64,000 nucleotides of DNA from Octopus sinensis (GCF_006345805.1 NC_042998.1:127472001-127536000), one strand, 5' to 3'; counted from the first letter of the stretch, positions 39,608-52,730 are shown. The notes: generated by a model not told the origin, from the sequence alone. Made by a program: numbers and translations.

Positions 39608-40662
39608 CACTGCTATTCATAGTGGCCCTTTCAGACATGCCCTCAGTTGCTAAGATGGACACCCTTGCTAGCTATGCAGATGACACAAAAGTCTCCCACA
39701 CAATACAAAACCCTGGAAATATTTCACATCTTCAACGGCAGTTGGATACAATATACAGGTGGGCTGAGAACAACAACATGCAGTTTAATGCAGGGACGTT
39801 CCAGACCCTGCATGTCGTTTACAAAGGTAAACGACAGGCAGACCGGATTCACTGGCCCGGGAAGAATTGTAATTCCTGAGTCAAAATCAGTGCGTGTCCT
39901 GGGCATTGACATGAGCAATGATGCATCTTTCCAAGTGCATATTGCCAATTTGGTAATAAAATGCAGACGGCTAGCTGTATGGATTCTCCGAACTTTCAGA
40001 GGAGGAGAGAAGGAGACACTGATGGTCCTTTGGAAAACATTCGTCCTCAGCCACTTGGACTACTGCTCCCAACTATGGTCACCACACATTATAAAGTTAA
40101 CAGCAGAACTCGAAGCAATTCAACGAAGCTACACTAATAAGATAGACTCAATGCAACATTTCAGCTACTGGGGAAGACTGAAAGTATTAAAACTCTTCTC
40201 CCTGGAGCGAAGGCGAGAGAGATATGCAGTGATATACATTTGGAAAATCTTGGAAGGTCTTGTCCCAAACTTTGGCATTCAAACTTACCCCAACAGCAGA
40301 ACGGAGCCCCACTGCATGGTGCCAAAGATCCCAACATCACCATCAAAATACAGGACCAGATACTGCAGCAGCTTGGGTTTCAGAGGACCACAGCTCTTTA
40401 ATATCCTTCCTAAATCCCTGAGAGATCTGCATGGTGTGGATGTGGGTTTCTTTAAAACTAAACTGGATCCCTTCTTGTCAGGGCTCCTAGATGAACCTAC
40501 CTGTCGGCAGGAAACACAGATGCGGGCAGCGGCATCGAACTCTCTTGTTAATCACATGCCACGTATCAGAGGTGGTTTCACATACTAGTGTAACTCATTC
40601 AACCGTAGTGCCCCAGCATGGCCGCAGCCTTCGGGCTGAAACATTTTAAGGAATTAAGGATT
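39608..40662 (+). mobile_element. 5'-truncated CR1/L2-group LINE (RT C-terminal half plus 3' tail)
   Basis: LLFIVALSDMP..SYADDTK..WAENNNMQFN (ORF 39622-39879), frameshift near 39830 to ..LGIDMSNDASF..HLDYCSQLWSPH..LEAIQR..SLERRRERY (ORF 39647-40588); short 3' UTR with stem-loop and ttaagga repeats. Confidence 0.9.
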
Positions 40663-40683
40663 ATATATACATGAACAAGTGTC

Positions 40684-40765
<82 letters not shown>

Positions 40766-43002
40766 CGTATATTTATATGTGTGTATGCGTATAATTGTTT
40801 GTGCGTGCGTGTGTGTGTATGTATGCGTGCGTATGTATCTATGTATGAAGTCTAAGTGTGACAACGCCGGCTTCTCTCATTGCTATGCATATCTATCAAT
40901 GCTTCATAATTGTGAGTAATTGGGTAATTTAATCACATCCTGGAGCATATCCAACCGAGAAGCTATTGTTAGTGTAACTATGTCATCAAATCAGCGGACG
41001 CCTTGATGCCGGCTGGTTTAGTACGATTCGATAATATCCAAGTGTAGTTAATCATCTCATTCGTATTGATATCACCATCGCACAAGTATTATCTTGCTCG
41101 AAAACAAATGAAACACACCCGAGAATAACTTGTTAAGTTTATTAGCTGTGAAGATTTGTCGACAAATTAATCTAATCACTGATTCCAGTGCTGACCTATT
41201 GGTTTAGTCAGGGGTCAGCAAACAGTTGCTTGGAATCCTTTTAGTATATAACAATGATTGATGTGTTTTGGCTTTCCGGCAATTTTATTCTCGTGCAATA
41301 AATTATAAATGATAGAAGAGTATAATAGATATATATATATATAAATATCTACACGTTTAAGCATTTTATATTGAACTGAATTTCTTCCTGATGCATGAAC
41401 TTGTCTGTTTGATAAAAACTATCTCATAAGTGTAATTATAGATAGTTTTGTGATGTATTAAATCGTCACTTTAATCAAAATAGTACTCAAGATTAAAGGC
41501 ATTTTCAATCGTTCATTCCTGTTTCTATGAGTAATCTATGCTGTAGATTACTCAAGAAACTAATATGTCGTCATATAGTTCAAATCATATATAACTTTAC
41601 AAGAATAATTCCCAGAAAAGTTTACACTCTCACGGAAACTGTCATGTTAATGATTTTGATGAAACTTAGCTTTGTATAGTTATTTCCACATGTAATTTAT
41701 TAGTTTAACCTAGAAACTGTAAATAGATATATTGTGCTACTATAATGAGTAGATAAATATAATGCACAAGCTAGCTCATTAGAACTAATTTTATTACTCC
41801 ATATCAAATATTCTGATATTATAACTCAACGTATCCGTTTGCTACCAATGATATATATTCTACGTACAAAACTTTGAGCTTCAAATGTTATTCCAGTAGG
41901 TTAATATATGTGATACTCTGTGATCAAAACAACGTCCTGTATGCTAGCGCATGATTTACGTAAAATTTTACTTATTTCTGTATAGTATTCTCAGAATAGA
42001 TTCTTGCTACTCTCTCTAAAGAGGAACAAATATTGAAAATAGGATTTCGCATCACTTTTCAAAACTAAATACATAATTATCGAAAGTAAACTTGCAAAAC
42101 CGCACAAACATTGCAAATATTTGAAAGTGATGTTATGCCTTTTGAATACAAGCGATATTGCTAATGCCACCGATATTATAATTTCTGAATGTGAAAGATG
42201 GGTTATATTGGAAGCGGCATTATATACGTCCTTTTCAATTTTTAACAGTTACTTTCGCTTTAATTATTTTTAATATGCCCGCTGACTTTTAGCAACACCA
42301 ATGACAGATTGGGCTCTGTGATTCTATGCACATCGCTAGGGAAACGGTTACTCGTACTTACATCGCTATGTACATCGCAAGCAGTCGGTATCTACCACTG
42401 ACAAGGCCAAAGAAGCCCGAAAGCACATAATCTGCCAGTCCTGGCAGCGGAAGTGGCGGTGATTGTCTCACTCAAGTGACGTAAACAAGTAGAGCTTATA
42501 TGCCCCAGAAAAACATGAAAAATTCTCTCGTGATATTTATAGCAGTATTAGTGAGTTCGTTTAAGTTGTGATAACTTCTACCTTATAGCATTAATACTGC
42601 TTCTGTGGTTTTATATCTTCAGTAAACAAAAATGGGTTTTAAACATTTTACACATAGATATAAGGTTTCTAAACCATTTACTGAGCTATAACTTATTTTT
42701 CTTCTTTAAGGAAGTATCAATTCTTATAGACTATATGATGAATATATTATATACTAGATTTTAAAGTTATATATTACATGAAGTTCTGTGAGCTGGGTGT
42801 AAATTCTTAGATACCGATATTTTAATTTTCTCCTGCTGTTACTAAACTCATGGCCTTATCAAACTGCATTCTCACTTTTAAAGCAATAAGTAATTCAAGA
42901 TAAACTCCTTTGCTCTATTAAAGCATGAACTCTATGTAAAGTTTATGCCTTTCTGCTTTTATGATAAACATACAAAATACATACGTAATATATACGTAAT
43001 AA

Positions 43003-43382
43003 GCACAAGAGTGGCTGTATGGATAGGCGCAAGAGTGGCTGTGTGGTAAGTAGCTTACTTACCAATTATACGGTTTCAGCTTCAGTCGCACTGCGTGACA
43101 ACTTGAGCAAGTGCCTTCTACTATAGCCCCGGGCCAACCAAAGCCTTCTGAGTGGATCTGGTAGACGTAAACTGAAAGAAGCCAGTCGTATATATATATA
43201 ATGTGTGTGTGTGGTGTGTGTTTGTCCCTACCCACCATCGCTTCACAACCGATATTGGTGTGATCACGTCTCCGTAACTTAGAGGTTCGGTAGAAGAACC
43301 GATAGAATAAGTACTAGGCTTACAAAGAATAAGTTGTGGGGTCGATTTCAGTCAACTGAAACAAATAAAAAATAAAATAGAA
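43003..43382 (+). mobile_element. SINE family A copy with duplicated 5' head (caagagtggctgt x2)
   Basis: Homology to other family A copies. Confidence 0.85.
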
Positions 43383-43487
43383 TAATATATGTATAGTTTT
43401 ATATGAGTTTCAGGCTTTGTAATTTTGTATCTAATTGTCTGTGTGTATGTATGTGTGTATGATTGTATATATGTACGATGTACATGC

Positions 43488-43700
43488 CTGGCTGTATGGT
43501 TCGGTGTTCAGTCCCACTGCGTGGCACCTTGGCTAAGTGTATTGTTGGCCTCGAACCAACCAGTTTTGTGAGTGAAATTGGTAGACGGAAACTGGAAGGC
43601 CTGTCATGTGTGTGTGTGTGTGTATTTGTGTCTGCATTTGTTGTGCGCCAACTAACTCTTGACAGCTAGTGTTGGTGTGTTTATAACTCCGTAACTTAGA
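43488..43700 (+). mobile_element. SINE family A, internally deleted copy
   Basis: gttcagtcccactgcgtggcaccttgg..gtagacggaaactgg..ccgtaacttag. Confidence 0.8.
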
Positions 43701-43820
43701 CAAAGATATATATATATAGAGAGAGTTAATCCAAACCTGAACAAAGAGAAGACACAACGCGAGGACGTGGAACAAGTATAGTGTTATTGGACGCTCAGGA
43801 AAGGATATATACATATATAT

Positions 43821-43858
<38 letters not shown>

Positions 43859-44334
43859 GATAGATAGATAGATAGCTAGAGAGAGAGTGAGAGAGATAGA
43901 GAGAGATACATATATATCTTTATATATATGAGTTTATATATACACACACACTCATTTATGAGGAACTACTCAAAGAGATGAAAGCGTTGAATGAATAATT
44001 TTTCTCCAAATCCTCACTACCTCATTTTCTTAATATATAAAACTGTCCACCGCTTCCAACAATCTATACATACGTATATACATACCTATGTGTGCGTGTG
44101 TGAGTGTATGTGTGTGTGTGTGTGTGTGTGTGCATGTGTGTGTGTGTCTACGTACATATGTATTCATAGATACATACTTACGCGCACGCTCAGATACACA
44201 TTTATATGTACTTTAAAGTTTATAAGCGAGATATAAAGTACAAAATACGAAGTGGCAAAATGTAGATTTGTATTTATTGCTCAGGTCATGTCACTCTCTT
44301 TTACCACTCAAACTTTTCGTTGCATATATTTTTA

Positions 44335-44738
44335 TCTGTAATCTTTTACTTGTTTCAATTATTAGACAGTGGCCATGCTGTCGATTGAATCGTTCCCAGT
44401 AATTAGATTTTCTAAAGCCTGCTAATTATTCTATCGATTTCTTTTACCGAACCGCTAATTTATGTGACGTAAACGCATAATATCCGATTGTCAAACGATA
44501 TTGGTGACAATCACATACACAAAGATACACACACACACATACACATACACACACATACGCACATCTATATATAAACACACACGGTGGGTTTCTTTTCAAT
44601 TTCCGTCTACCACTTGGAATGCTCATATATCCACTCACAAGGCTAGGTTCTAGTCGCCAGAGGTGTCCAGAATGGGACTAAACCTGGGACAATGCGGTTG
44701 AAAAGCAAACCTCTTACTACACTACCACACCTGCGCTT
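44335..44738 (-). mobile_element. SINE family A copy (diverged)
   Basis: cttttacttgtttc..ggccatgctg..ttccgtctacca..tgggactaaacc. Confidence 0.8.
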
Positions 44739-45094
44739 ATATATACCCATGATCGCAGTTTCAATCATAGGTTTGAGATACAAGTGATATTTAGGGTTGA
44801 AATAATCATTCGCGGTCAGCTATCAAATAGTAAATGCGTCAAATTGGCAGACAATAAAACAAATTACTAAGTTTACAATACACATAGTTGTGCAGTGTAA
44901 ACATTCGCTTCTCATCCACATGGTTTCAGGTTCGATAATACACAAGTAAATTCATATATACATCGTACTTACATATATACGTTAATATATACATATCATA
45001 GACATCTTACCACCGTTCACATGTATCCTTACATACAGACAGGCAAAGAGAAACACATATACTCAGTGATAATTAAACCCGTGTTGTGTGTTTG

Positions 45095-45174
<80 letters not shown>

Positions 45175-45430
45175 CAGTTTTCCAGAGGTATGACGCAATC
45201 CTTATTCACATATTTACTAACCGTTCCTGTAAAAGTTTTTCTAACATTTCCTGTAAAAATTTAGTGTTAATCCTTGTGGTGTTGGAGTAATTTTGACTCC
45301 TATTTTTAACAAAATTGGTGGTTCTTAATGCCGTTTTTATATATTCTAATAATTTTGCCTACACGGTTTGAAGCTTGCGGCCACTAACATTGTTATCTCT
45401 CATAAGTAATAATGTTCCTTATATATATAC

Positions 45431-45524
<94 letters not shown>

Positions 45525-45549
45525 GATGTGTGTGTGTGTATGTGTGTAT

Positions 45550-45905
45550 GTTAAATAAGATGAGACAACAAAGCCAGGGCTGAGTGGAATTTATGACCTT
45601 TATAAAGAGAAAGGTAGTCTTACAGCTGTTTCTGTGATATTAGGAATATTCCTTCAGCAGAGCACGATATGAGAAAGTAACCTAGAAGGAAATAGTAGAG
45701 TTCAATATAAGGAGTTATTTTGGAAAAGGATGGTATATAGGAAGTTTAAAGGGGAATAAGAGAATAAAGATAAAAGTTAAAATATATATGTAGGATGTTA
45801 CAGTTGCAGTTCCACTATCCAAAGAAAGTGCTAGAATGGGTATAAATGCATTTTGTCCATGGTATGTAGATTCCGATAGGAGTTCATATTTTATTATTAC
45901 AAATC
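45550..45905 (-). mobile_element. Penelope-type terminal repeat fragment with degenerate hammerhead
   Basis: Minus strand gtgct-CTGCTGA-aggaatattcctaatatcaca-GAAAC-AGCT-GTA-agac at 45615-45665. Confidence 0.45.
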
Positions 45906-45912
45906 GATAGTT

Positions 45913-46290
45913 TATGAATGGATTTGCTCGAAGGAAACTGAAAGAAGCCCGTTGTGTATATATAAATATGTGTGTGTATTCATGGGTTTGTGTGTGAGTG
46001 AGTGTGTGTGTGTGTGTGTGTGGTGTGTGTGTGGATGTGTGTGTGTGTGTGTGTGCGCGTGTGTCTGTGCTTCGGTGCCTGTGTTTGTTCTCACCACCGC
46101 TTGATAACCAGCGTTACTGTGTTTGCGTCTCCGTAATTTACCAGCTCGGTAAAAGATACCGATAGAATGAGTACCAGGCTTTAAAAAAATGAAGTACTTG
46201 GGTCGATTTGCTCAGCTAAAGTACCTTAAGGCGAAGCCCCAACGTGGTTGCTGTCTAATGACTGAGACAAGTAAAAGATACAAGATATAA
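45913..46290 (+). mobile_element. SINE family A copy lacking head
   Basis: ggaaactgaaagaagcccg, (TG)n, ..gatagaatgagtaccaggc..aatgactgagacaagtaaaaga. Confidence 0.8.
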
Positions 46291-46417
46291 ATATACATAT
46301 ACTCAGACATATATTCATGCACATACGTACGTACATGTATGCAGACATGATCATTTGATTTTCACCCTTATATTTTATTCTTCATTGACTTTGTAGGCAA
46401 AGAAAAAGAAACGGGGA

Positions 46418-46666
46418 TAGATACCGCAATATGTGAAAATGGTAGATAGATCAATAGTGAACATGACAGATGCTTTTCCAGACAGGTAGCTAAAGTATAT
46501 CTTCCATATGTACTTGCATGTATGTTTGTGTCTTTCAGTGAATCATCTGTTTGCACTTGTACCAATATATATAAGTACAAATTATATAAATGTACACACG
46601 TATGTTTATATATATATGTATTATATATATATATATATCTACCATTTTCACATATTGCGGTATCTA
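46418..46666. repeat. Perfect 31-bp inverted repeat (46418-46448 / 46636-46666)
   Basis: tagataccgcaatatgtgaaaatggtagata / tatctaccattttcacatattgcggtatcta. Confidence 0.9.
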
Positions 46667-46675
46667 ATAATATTT

Positions 46676-46706
<31 letters not shown>

Positions 46707-46752
46707 TATATATATATTATATATATATATATATGTATGTATATATATATTC

Positions 46753-46798
<46 letters not shown>

Positions 46799-47834
46799 TT
46801 ATATATATATATATATGTATGTATGTATGTATATATGCATGTATATGCATATATATTTTAAAATTTATATGTATATACGTATATTATATGGTATACCTAT
46901 ATATATATGTGTGTGTGTGTATACATATATAGATGTATGTATGTATATGAGTGTGTGTGCGTGTGTGCGTGTGTGAGTATGTGTGTGTGTGTTTATATAG
47001 ATAGGCACACAGACGATTTGCTTTTAAATATATCAAGTGGAGGGTGTAGTTGATTATAAATCTTATAAATCTACAGGAAATTTAGATATTAAACCAAATC
47101 TGAGAAACTATCTCACTGGTCTAATTGTCGATAATCATCATATATAGAAGATTCTCACATGAACCACAATTATTTATAGCAGACAATCAAGAGACACTTC
47201 AATTGAGAGCAATATTCTTCTATATGAAATTGGTTTCCAGGCGAAATAATACAAGGATCGGTGCCAAACATTTGTTTCATTGTTCTACGAACGTAGTGAA
47301 TGTCTACACATTGCTCATACAAATTGCTACACGCATAGTCTCTCTTTTTTCTTTCCCTCACTAGCTATTTATCTCATTTCTGTCTAACTCCGTCTTTCTT
47401 TATGTTTCTCTGTGTCGGTCGCTTTCTCTCTCTCTCTCTCTCACTCTCTTGCTCGTTCGTTTACTCATTGTTTTTGTCTTTTAAACACTACACGTAAATC
47501 ACATTGCCTTGGTTGTGTTATTTGAGGCTATTGTTCGATTTGTAGTTCCTTTAAATACTATTTGTGCTTTTGTAGATAGTTTTAAGTGTGTCTATGTCTG
47601 CGTGTGCATACATACATACATACATATCTATCTCTCTATTTATCTGCCCGGCTGCCTTCCTGCATGTCTATCTGTCTGGCTATGTATATACATACAAACG
47701 TTTATGCACTTGTCTTCATATATGCACAGGTATAAGAAGACGCATATACAAATATAATGTAATATAATACAATATATATATATATATTATATATATATAT
47801 ATGTATATATACATATACATGTGTGTATAAATAT

Positions 47835-47917
<83 letters not shown>

Positions 47918-47920
<3 letters not shown>

Positions 47921-48187
47921 CAGTAAAACAATATGTGACAATTATTCAATAGCCAAGATAAAACTCCTCGGATGCCGAAGTAGAAAACCACAACACCATC
48001 TCTTCGGTTATCTGGCCGTATAACCGAAGAGATGGTGTTGTGGTTTTCTACTTCGGCGTCCGGAACTCAGAGTTTTATCTTGGCTATTGAATAATTGTCA
48101 CATATTATTTTACAGATAAATTTCCTCTATTTACATAATATTGAGGTCTCTTTCTTTCTTTCTTTTGTTATCTTACCGTTTTTACCA

Positions 48188-48222
<35 letters not shown>

Positions 48223-48492
48223 GTATATCAGTAAAACAATATGTGACAATTATTCAATAGCCAAGATAAAACTCCTCGGATGCCGAAGTAGAAAACCACA
48301 ACACCATCTCTTCGGTTATCTGGCCGTATAACCGAAGAGATGGTGTTGTGGTTTTCTACTTCGGCGTCCGGAACTCAGAGTTTTATCTTGGCTATTGAAT
48401 AATTGTCACATATTATTTTACAGATAAATTTCCTCTATTTACATAATATTGAGGTCTCTTTCTTTCTTTCTTTTGTTATCTTACCGTTTTTA

Positions 48493-48496
<4 letters not shown>
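47918..48496. repeat. Two tandem 308-bp units, each a ~95-bp-arm hairpin (8-nt loop ctggccgt) plus a 70-bp one-sided tail, within (TA)n
   Basis: Hairpins 47918-48118 and 48226-48426; tails end at 48188 and 48496. Confidence 0.92.
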
Positions 48497-48554
<58 letters not shown>

Positions 48555-48558
<4 letters not shown>

Positions 48559-48752
48559 TGTTTATGCTTGTGTCTTTGTGTCTGTCCCCCCACCTTCACT
48601 TGACAACCGATGTTGGTGAGCTTACCAAACTAGCTGTTCGGCGAAGGAGTATGATAGAATAAGTACTAGGCTTACAAAGAATAAATTCTTGGGTCATTTT
48701 GCTCGACTAAAGAGGTACTCCAGAATGGCCGCAGAAAAAGAATAAAAGAATA
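48555..48752 (+). mobile_element. SINE family A, 3' half
   Basis: ttgacaaccgatgttgg..gatagaataagtactaggcttacaaagaat..ccagaatggccgcag. Confidence 0.8.
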
Positions 48753-49017
48753 TGTACATATTCTTGACCCCCAGACAGAAGATAAGCTGGTTTTACTTCA
48801 TTTTTTTTAATGAATTTTTACTGATATTTGATAAGATGAGATACATCGAAGCTGGTAATATTTTCTTTATATAGATTTTCAATAATTTTTTAATCAAATT
48901 CCTTCTTAAATTGAAATGCCTTAGATTTACTTTTGTGTTATTTCCACATCCATCTTTTACATATAAAAATTTGATTTTTATTGATCTCTATTATTTTTTC
49001 AACTATATAGATACATA

Positions 49018-49171
49018 TGTGCAGGAGTGGCTGTATGGTAAGTAACTTCGTTACCAACCACAGGGTTCAGTCCCACTGCGTGATACCTTGGGCAAGCGTC
49101 TTCTACTATAGCCTCGGGCCCCCCAAAGACTTGTGAGTGGATTTGGTAGACAGAAACTGAAAGTAACCCGT

Positions 49172-49202
<31 letters not shown>

Positions 49203-49410
49203 CTGTGTCTGTGTTTACCTCCACTATTGATTGACAACCGATGATGGTGTGTTACGTCCCCGTAACTTAGCGGTTCGGCAAAAGAGACTGATAGGATATG
49301 TACTAGGCTTACAAAGAATAATTCCTGGGGTCAATTTATTCGAGTAAAAAGGCGGTGCTCCAGCAGGGCCACAGTCAAATGGCTGAAACAAATTAAAGAA
49401 TAAAAGAATA
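49018..49410 (+). mobile_element. SINE family A, full length
   Basis: gcaggagtggctgtatggtaag..gggttcagtcccactgcgtgataccttgggcaag..ggcggtgctccagcagggccacagtcaaatggctgaaac. Confidence 0.9.
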
Positions 49411-49877
49411 TATATATGTAAATTTTTATAAAAGTTTGAGAGCCACTGTGAAGTCTTTGTCTACTAATCAGGTGATCTATAGAGGTAGAAAGCTAGACGT
49501 ATGTGTGTGTGTGTGCATATATGTGTGTGTGTGTGTGTGTGGTGTGTGTGTGTGTGAGCGCGTCTGTGTCTGTGTTTACCTCCACTATTGATTGACAACC
49601 GATGATGGTGTGTTACGTCCCCGTAACTTAGCGGTTCGGCAAAAGAGACTGATAGGATATGTACTAGGCTTACAAAGAATAATTCCTGGGGTCAATTTAT
49701 TCGAGTAAAAAGGCGGTGCTCCAGCAGGGCCACAGTCAAATGGCTGAAACAAATTAAAGAATAAAAGAATATATATATGTAAATTTTTATAAAAGTTTGA
49801 GAGCCACTGTGAAGTCTTTGTCTACTAATCAGGTGATCTATAGAGGTAGAAAGCTAGACGTATGTGTGTGTGTGTGC

Positions 49878-49918
<41 letters not shown>
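49197..49918. repeat. 361-bp tandem duplication (SINE 3' half plus flank) bounded by (TG)n
   Basis: 49201 onward is identical to 49562 onward outside the microsatellites. Confidence 0.92.
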
Positions 49919-50044
49919 AAAAAGTTGTCAAAATATTGGGAAAAAAATATTTTTATTTCTTCATTATTATTATCGCTTTCGTTCGTTTCTCGAACTTGTA
50001 TGTATGTAAGTATGTGTCTGTTCTATATTTTTTAACAAAGATAT

Positions 50045-51220
50045 AAGGCTCCATCTTTGAGATTTTGTTAGCACAAACAAATTCACATCTGGAACTTGAG
50101 AAAAGTCTTCCATATTTTTACTGTTCCACTCAGAGACTTTACTTGTAATGAACGAATTAGCCGGTCGATTTCTCTTTCTGAAAATCCCAGTTAATCCAGA
50201 TTCTCATTTAAGCATTTACTAACAAAACCTAGTGCTCCAATTATTATTGGTCTGAATATGAATTCATAGTTTGGATATAGAAGCTGGAGGTTTTGAGGCA
50301 GTTGTCCATAAATATCTCTTTCTCTTTGATTTTCAACGAGATATTTATAACTGCAGGGCAGATGACCTCTATGCTGGTACATACATACCTTTGCCCCACT
50401 TTCACAAACATCAGTATGTGGCCTGTTATGTTTACATATGACAGAAGTTATGATGTGAATATTCCACCAATATTCTTTGAGTTGGTGTTTATGAATGCAT
50501 TCCATAACAAAGGGGTATTCTAAGTTTATCTCAGGACAGACTTTTTTGCGTATCGCATTGTAAATTGTTTTACCGACAATATCATGACGCATAAGGAGAT
50601 AGTACCGTGACATTTTAGGACCGCTGCTAATCACATACGTGATGTCTTCCACAGAAACATGACATATCCTACACATGCGGTTGTATCTTGGGGTTACAAG
50701 AGCATCACTGTCTCTCTTGTTGACCAGGTACTTTGTGCCAACCTCTTGTTCCTGGATTGCAAACGCATAGCCTTGAAAATATGATGTGAGGTAGTGGTCT
50801 TGTGTCCAAGAGAGGCTGCGCTTCGTGTCAGTTCTACTGTCTTATTCAAGCTTCCGGGCAATATTCCCATGCAAAGTCTTTTTTTTTTGTATGCTGAGTG
50901 CTTTCCATCTAGGTCTTCTCTGAGGTAAGAGAGCCCAGCTGTATAGGAGATCATCAGGAAGAGAGTGCTTCTTGAGGAGCTCACTACCAGCTCGTACAAT
51001 GTTGCTCACTTCACTTTTCAGCACTTCATTTATATAATTACTTTTGCTGTGGTTGTTCAGCAGATGCTACCTGAGTGATACCATACTGTATTCGAAGGCC
51101 GTCTGCATTGATCTCAGGTTCCTACCACCTTCATTTCTTCTTAGGCAGAGACTCCCAACATCACTGTTTCTGCGGACGTTCACACTTGTTGTCAGGATTT
51201 TGTAGTTTTTGATATCTATG
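50045..51220 (-). mobile_element. Decayed Dong/R4-clade (RLE) retrotransposon 3' portion
   Basis: CRICHVSVEDITYVISSG..RHD..YWWN..CKHNRP..IIIGALG..SLSGTVKIWKTFLKFQM*. Confidence 0.8.
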
Positions 51221-51259
51221 GAGTGGATTTTCTAATAGACCAATCAAGTATCTCAAATG

Positions 51260-51740
51260 TTGGGAACACCTATGTTGAACTATTGAGAAATCTGCAGTTA
51301 CTCTATCCATATTACAAGTTCAGGTTTATACCTATAATCATTGGGGCCCTAAGATACGTAACACACTGCCTAAATACCAATCTTGAGAAATTAGGCATCT
51401 CAAAAACCAGAAAGGAGAAAGCTAATTCGAAGACTATAGACCCAATCCATCACTGGAACTGTAAAAACCTGTAAAAAGTTCCAGAAGTTTACCATTTAAA
51501 TATATATGAGCATGTCTAAATAAGCAACTAAATGCATGAGAATACATACGTAAAAAATACAAATCTGCACATACATAAATACATACATACATACATACAT
51601 ACATACATACATACATACATACATACATACATACATACCCTGTTGTTGATGTTGAAATTCAAATGAAGGAGCCTTGAATCTAGATTAGAAACCGGTTCTT
51701 TCTCTATTGGCAATAATTCTTGAAATAAACTGAATAATGA
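51260..51740 (+). mobile_element. Related Dong/R4-clade 3' fragment in opposite orientation, with (CATA)n in its 3' UTR
   Basis: YVELLRNLQLLYPYYKFRFIPIIIGAL..CLNTNLEKLG (ORF 51223-51474). Confidence 0.75.
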
Positions 51741-52469
51741 CATACATATAAATGCATACGTGTGTGTAGGTCGGTGTATTAGTATCAATTTTATCTTTAT
51801 TTAGTTTTCTGAAATGTACGTTTGGCGTATAGGCTACTCGTTATTTCGTATTCCAGGTGCCTAGAGTTTTTATTTGTAAGTCTACAAATATTTTTGCGAG
51901 AAATATCTTTTATAATACTTTATAATGCTTCAATTAAAGATCTTTGTTCGTCCGTTGAACCTTCCACAGAATTATGTGGAGACTATCTTTACACCTAGTA
52001 TATTGTATGTTTTAATAATATTCAGTGTCATGTACAACGTAATTTGTGAATTTGATTTTCTTTACGTATTTGTACATAGCTGGGTTTGTATCTATCGACT
52101 CCATATATACGTAGATATAGAGAGTGTAAATAGATATAAACACATATCTACAAACTCGAAAAGAAATGCGGTATCTCTACATATATATATGTGTGTGTGT
52201 CCACACACACATATATATCTAATTGAATGATACCTTACTCAATGTACTCGCTTTTGAGCTGAGCGAAGTCGGATAATCGGACAAAAATACGTTTTAGAGT
52301 ATACTTCTAATCCACGTAACTAACATTAAGCTGAAGTCTTGTACGCTAACATTTTTCAGAAATAAATAACAGAAAGATTGATGAGGTGTATATAGGCATT
52401 TTAATATTTTTGATGGTACTGACCCAGAACTGAAGCTTTCAGACGAATAAAAGAATATACATACACATA

Positions 52470-52730
52470 CTCTTTACTCTTTTACTTGTTTCAGTCATTT
52501 GACTGCGGCCATGCTGGAGCACCGCCTTTAGTCGAGCAAATCGACCCCGGGGACTTATTCTTTGTAAGCTCAGTACTTATTCTATCGGTCTCTTTTGCCG
52601 AACCGCTAATGTCGGGGACGTAAACACACCAGCATCGGTTGTGAAGCAATGCTAGGGGGACAAACACAGACACACAAACATATACACACACACTTATATA
52701 TATATACATATATACGACAGGCTTCTTTCT
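52470..52730 (-). mobile_element. SINE family A, 3' half, well preserved
   Basis: Minus strand ggcggtgctccagcatggccgcagtcaaatgactgaaacaagtaaaagagtaaaga. Confidence 0.9.

Noticed and set aside
46455-46550. Hammerhead-like motif on the minus strand (CTGAAAGA...GGAAA)
   Set aside because: Core spacing wrong and stems I and III unconvincing
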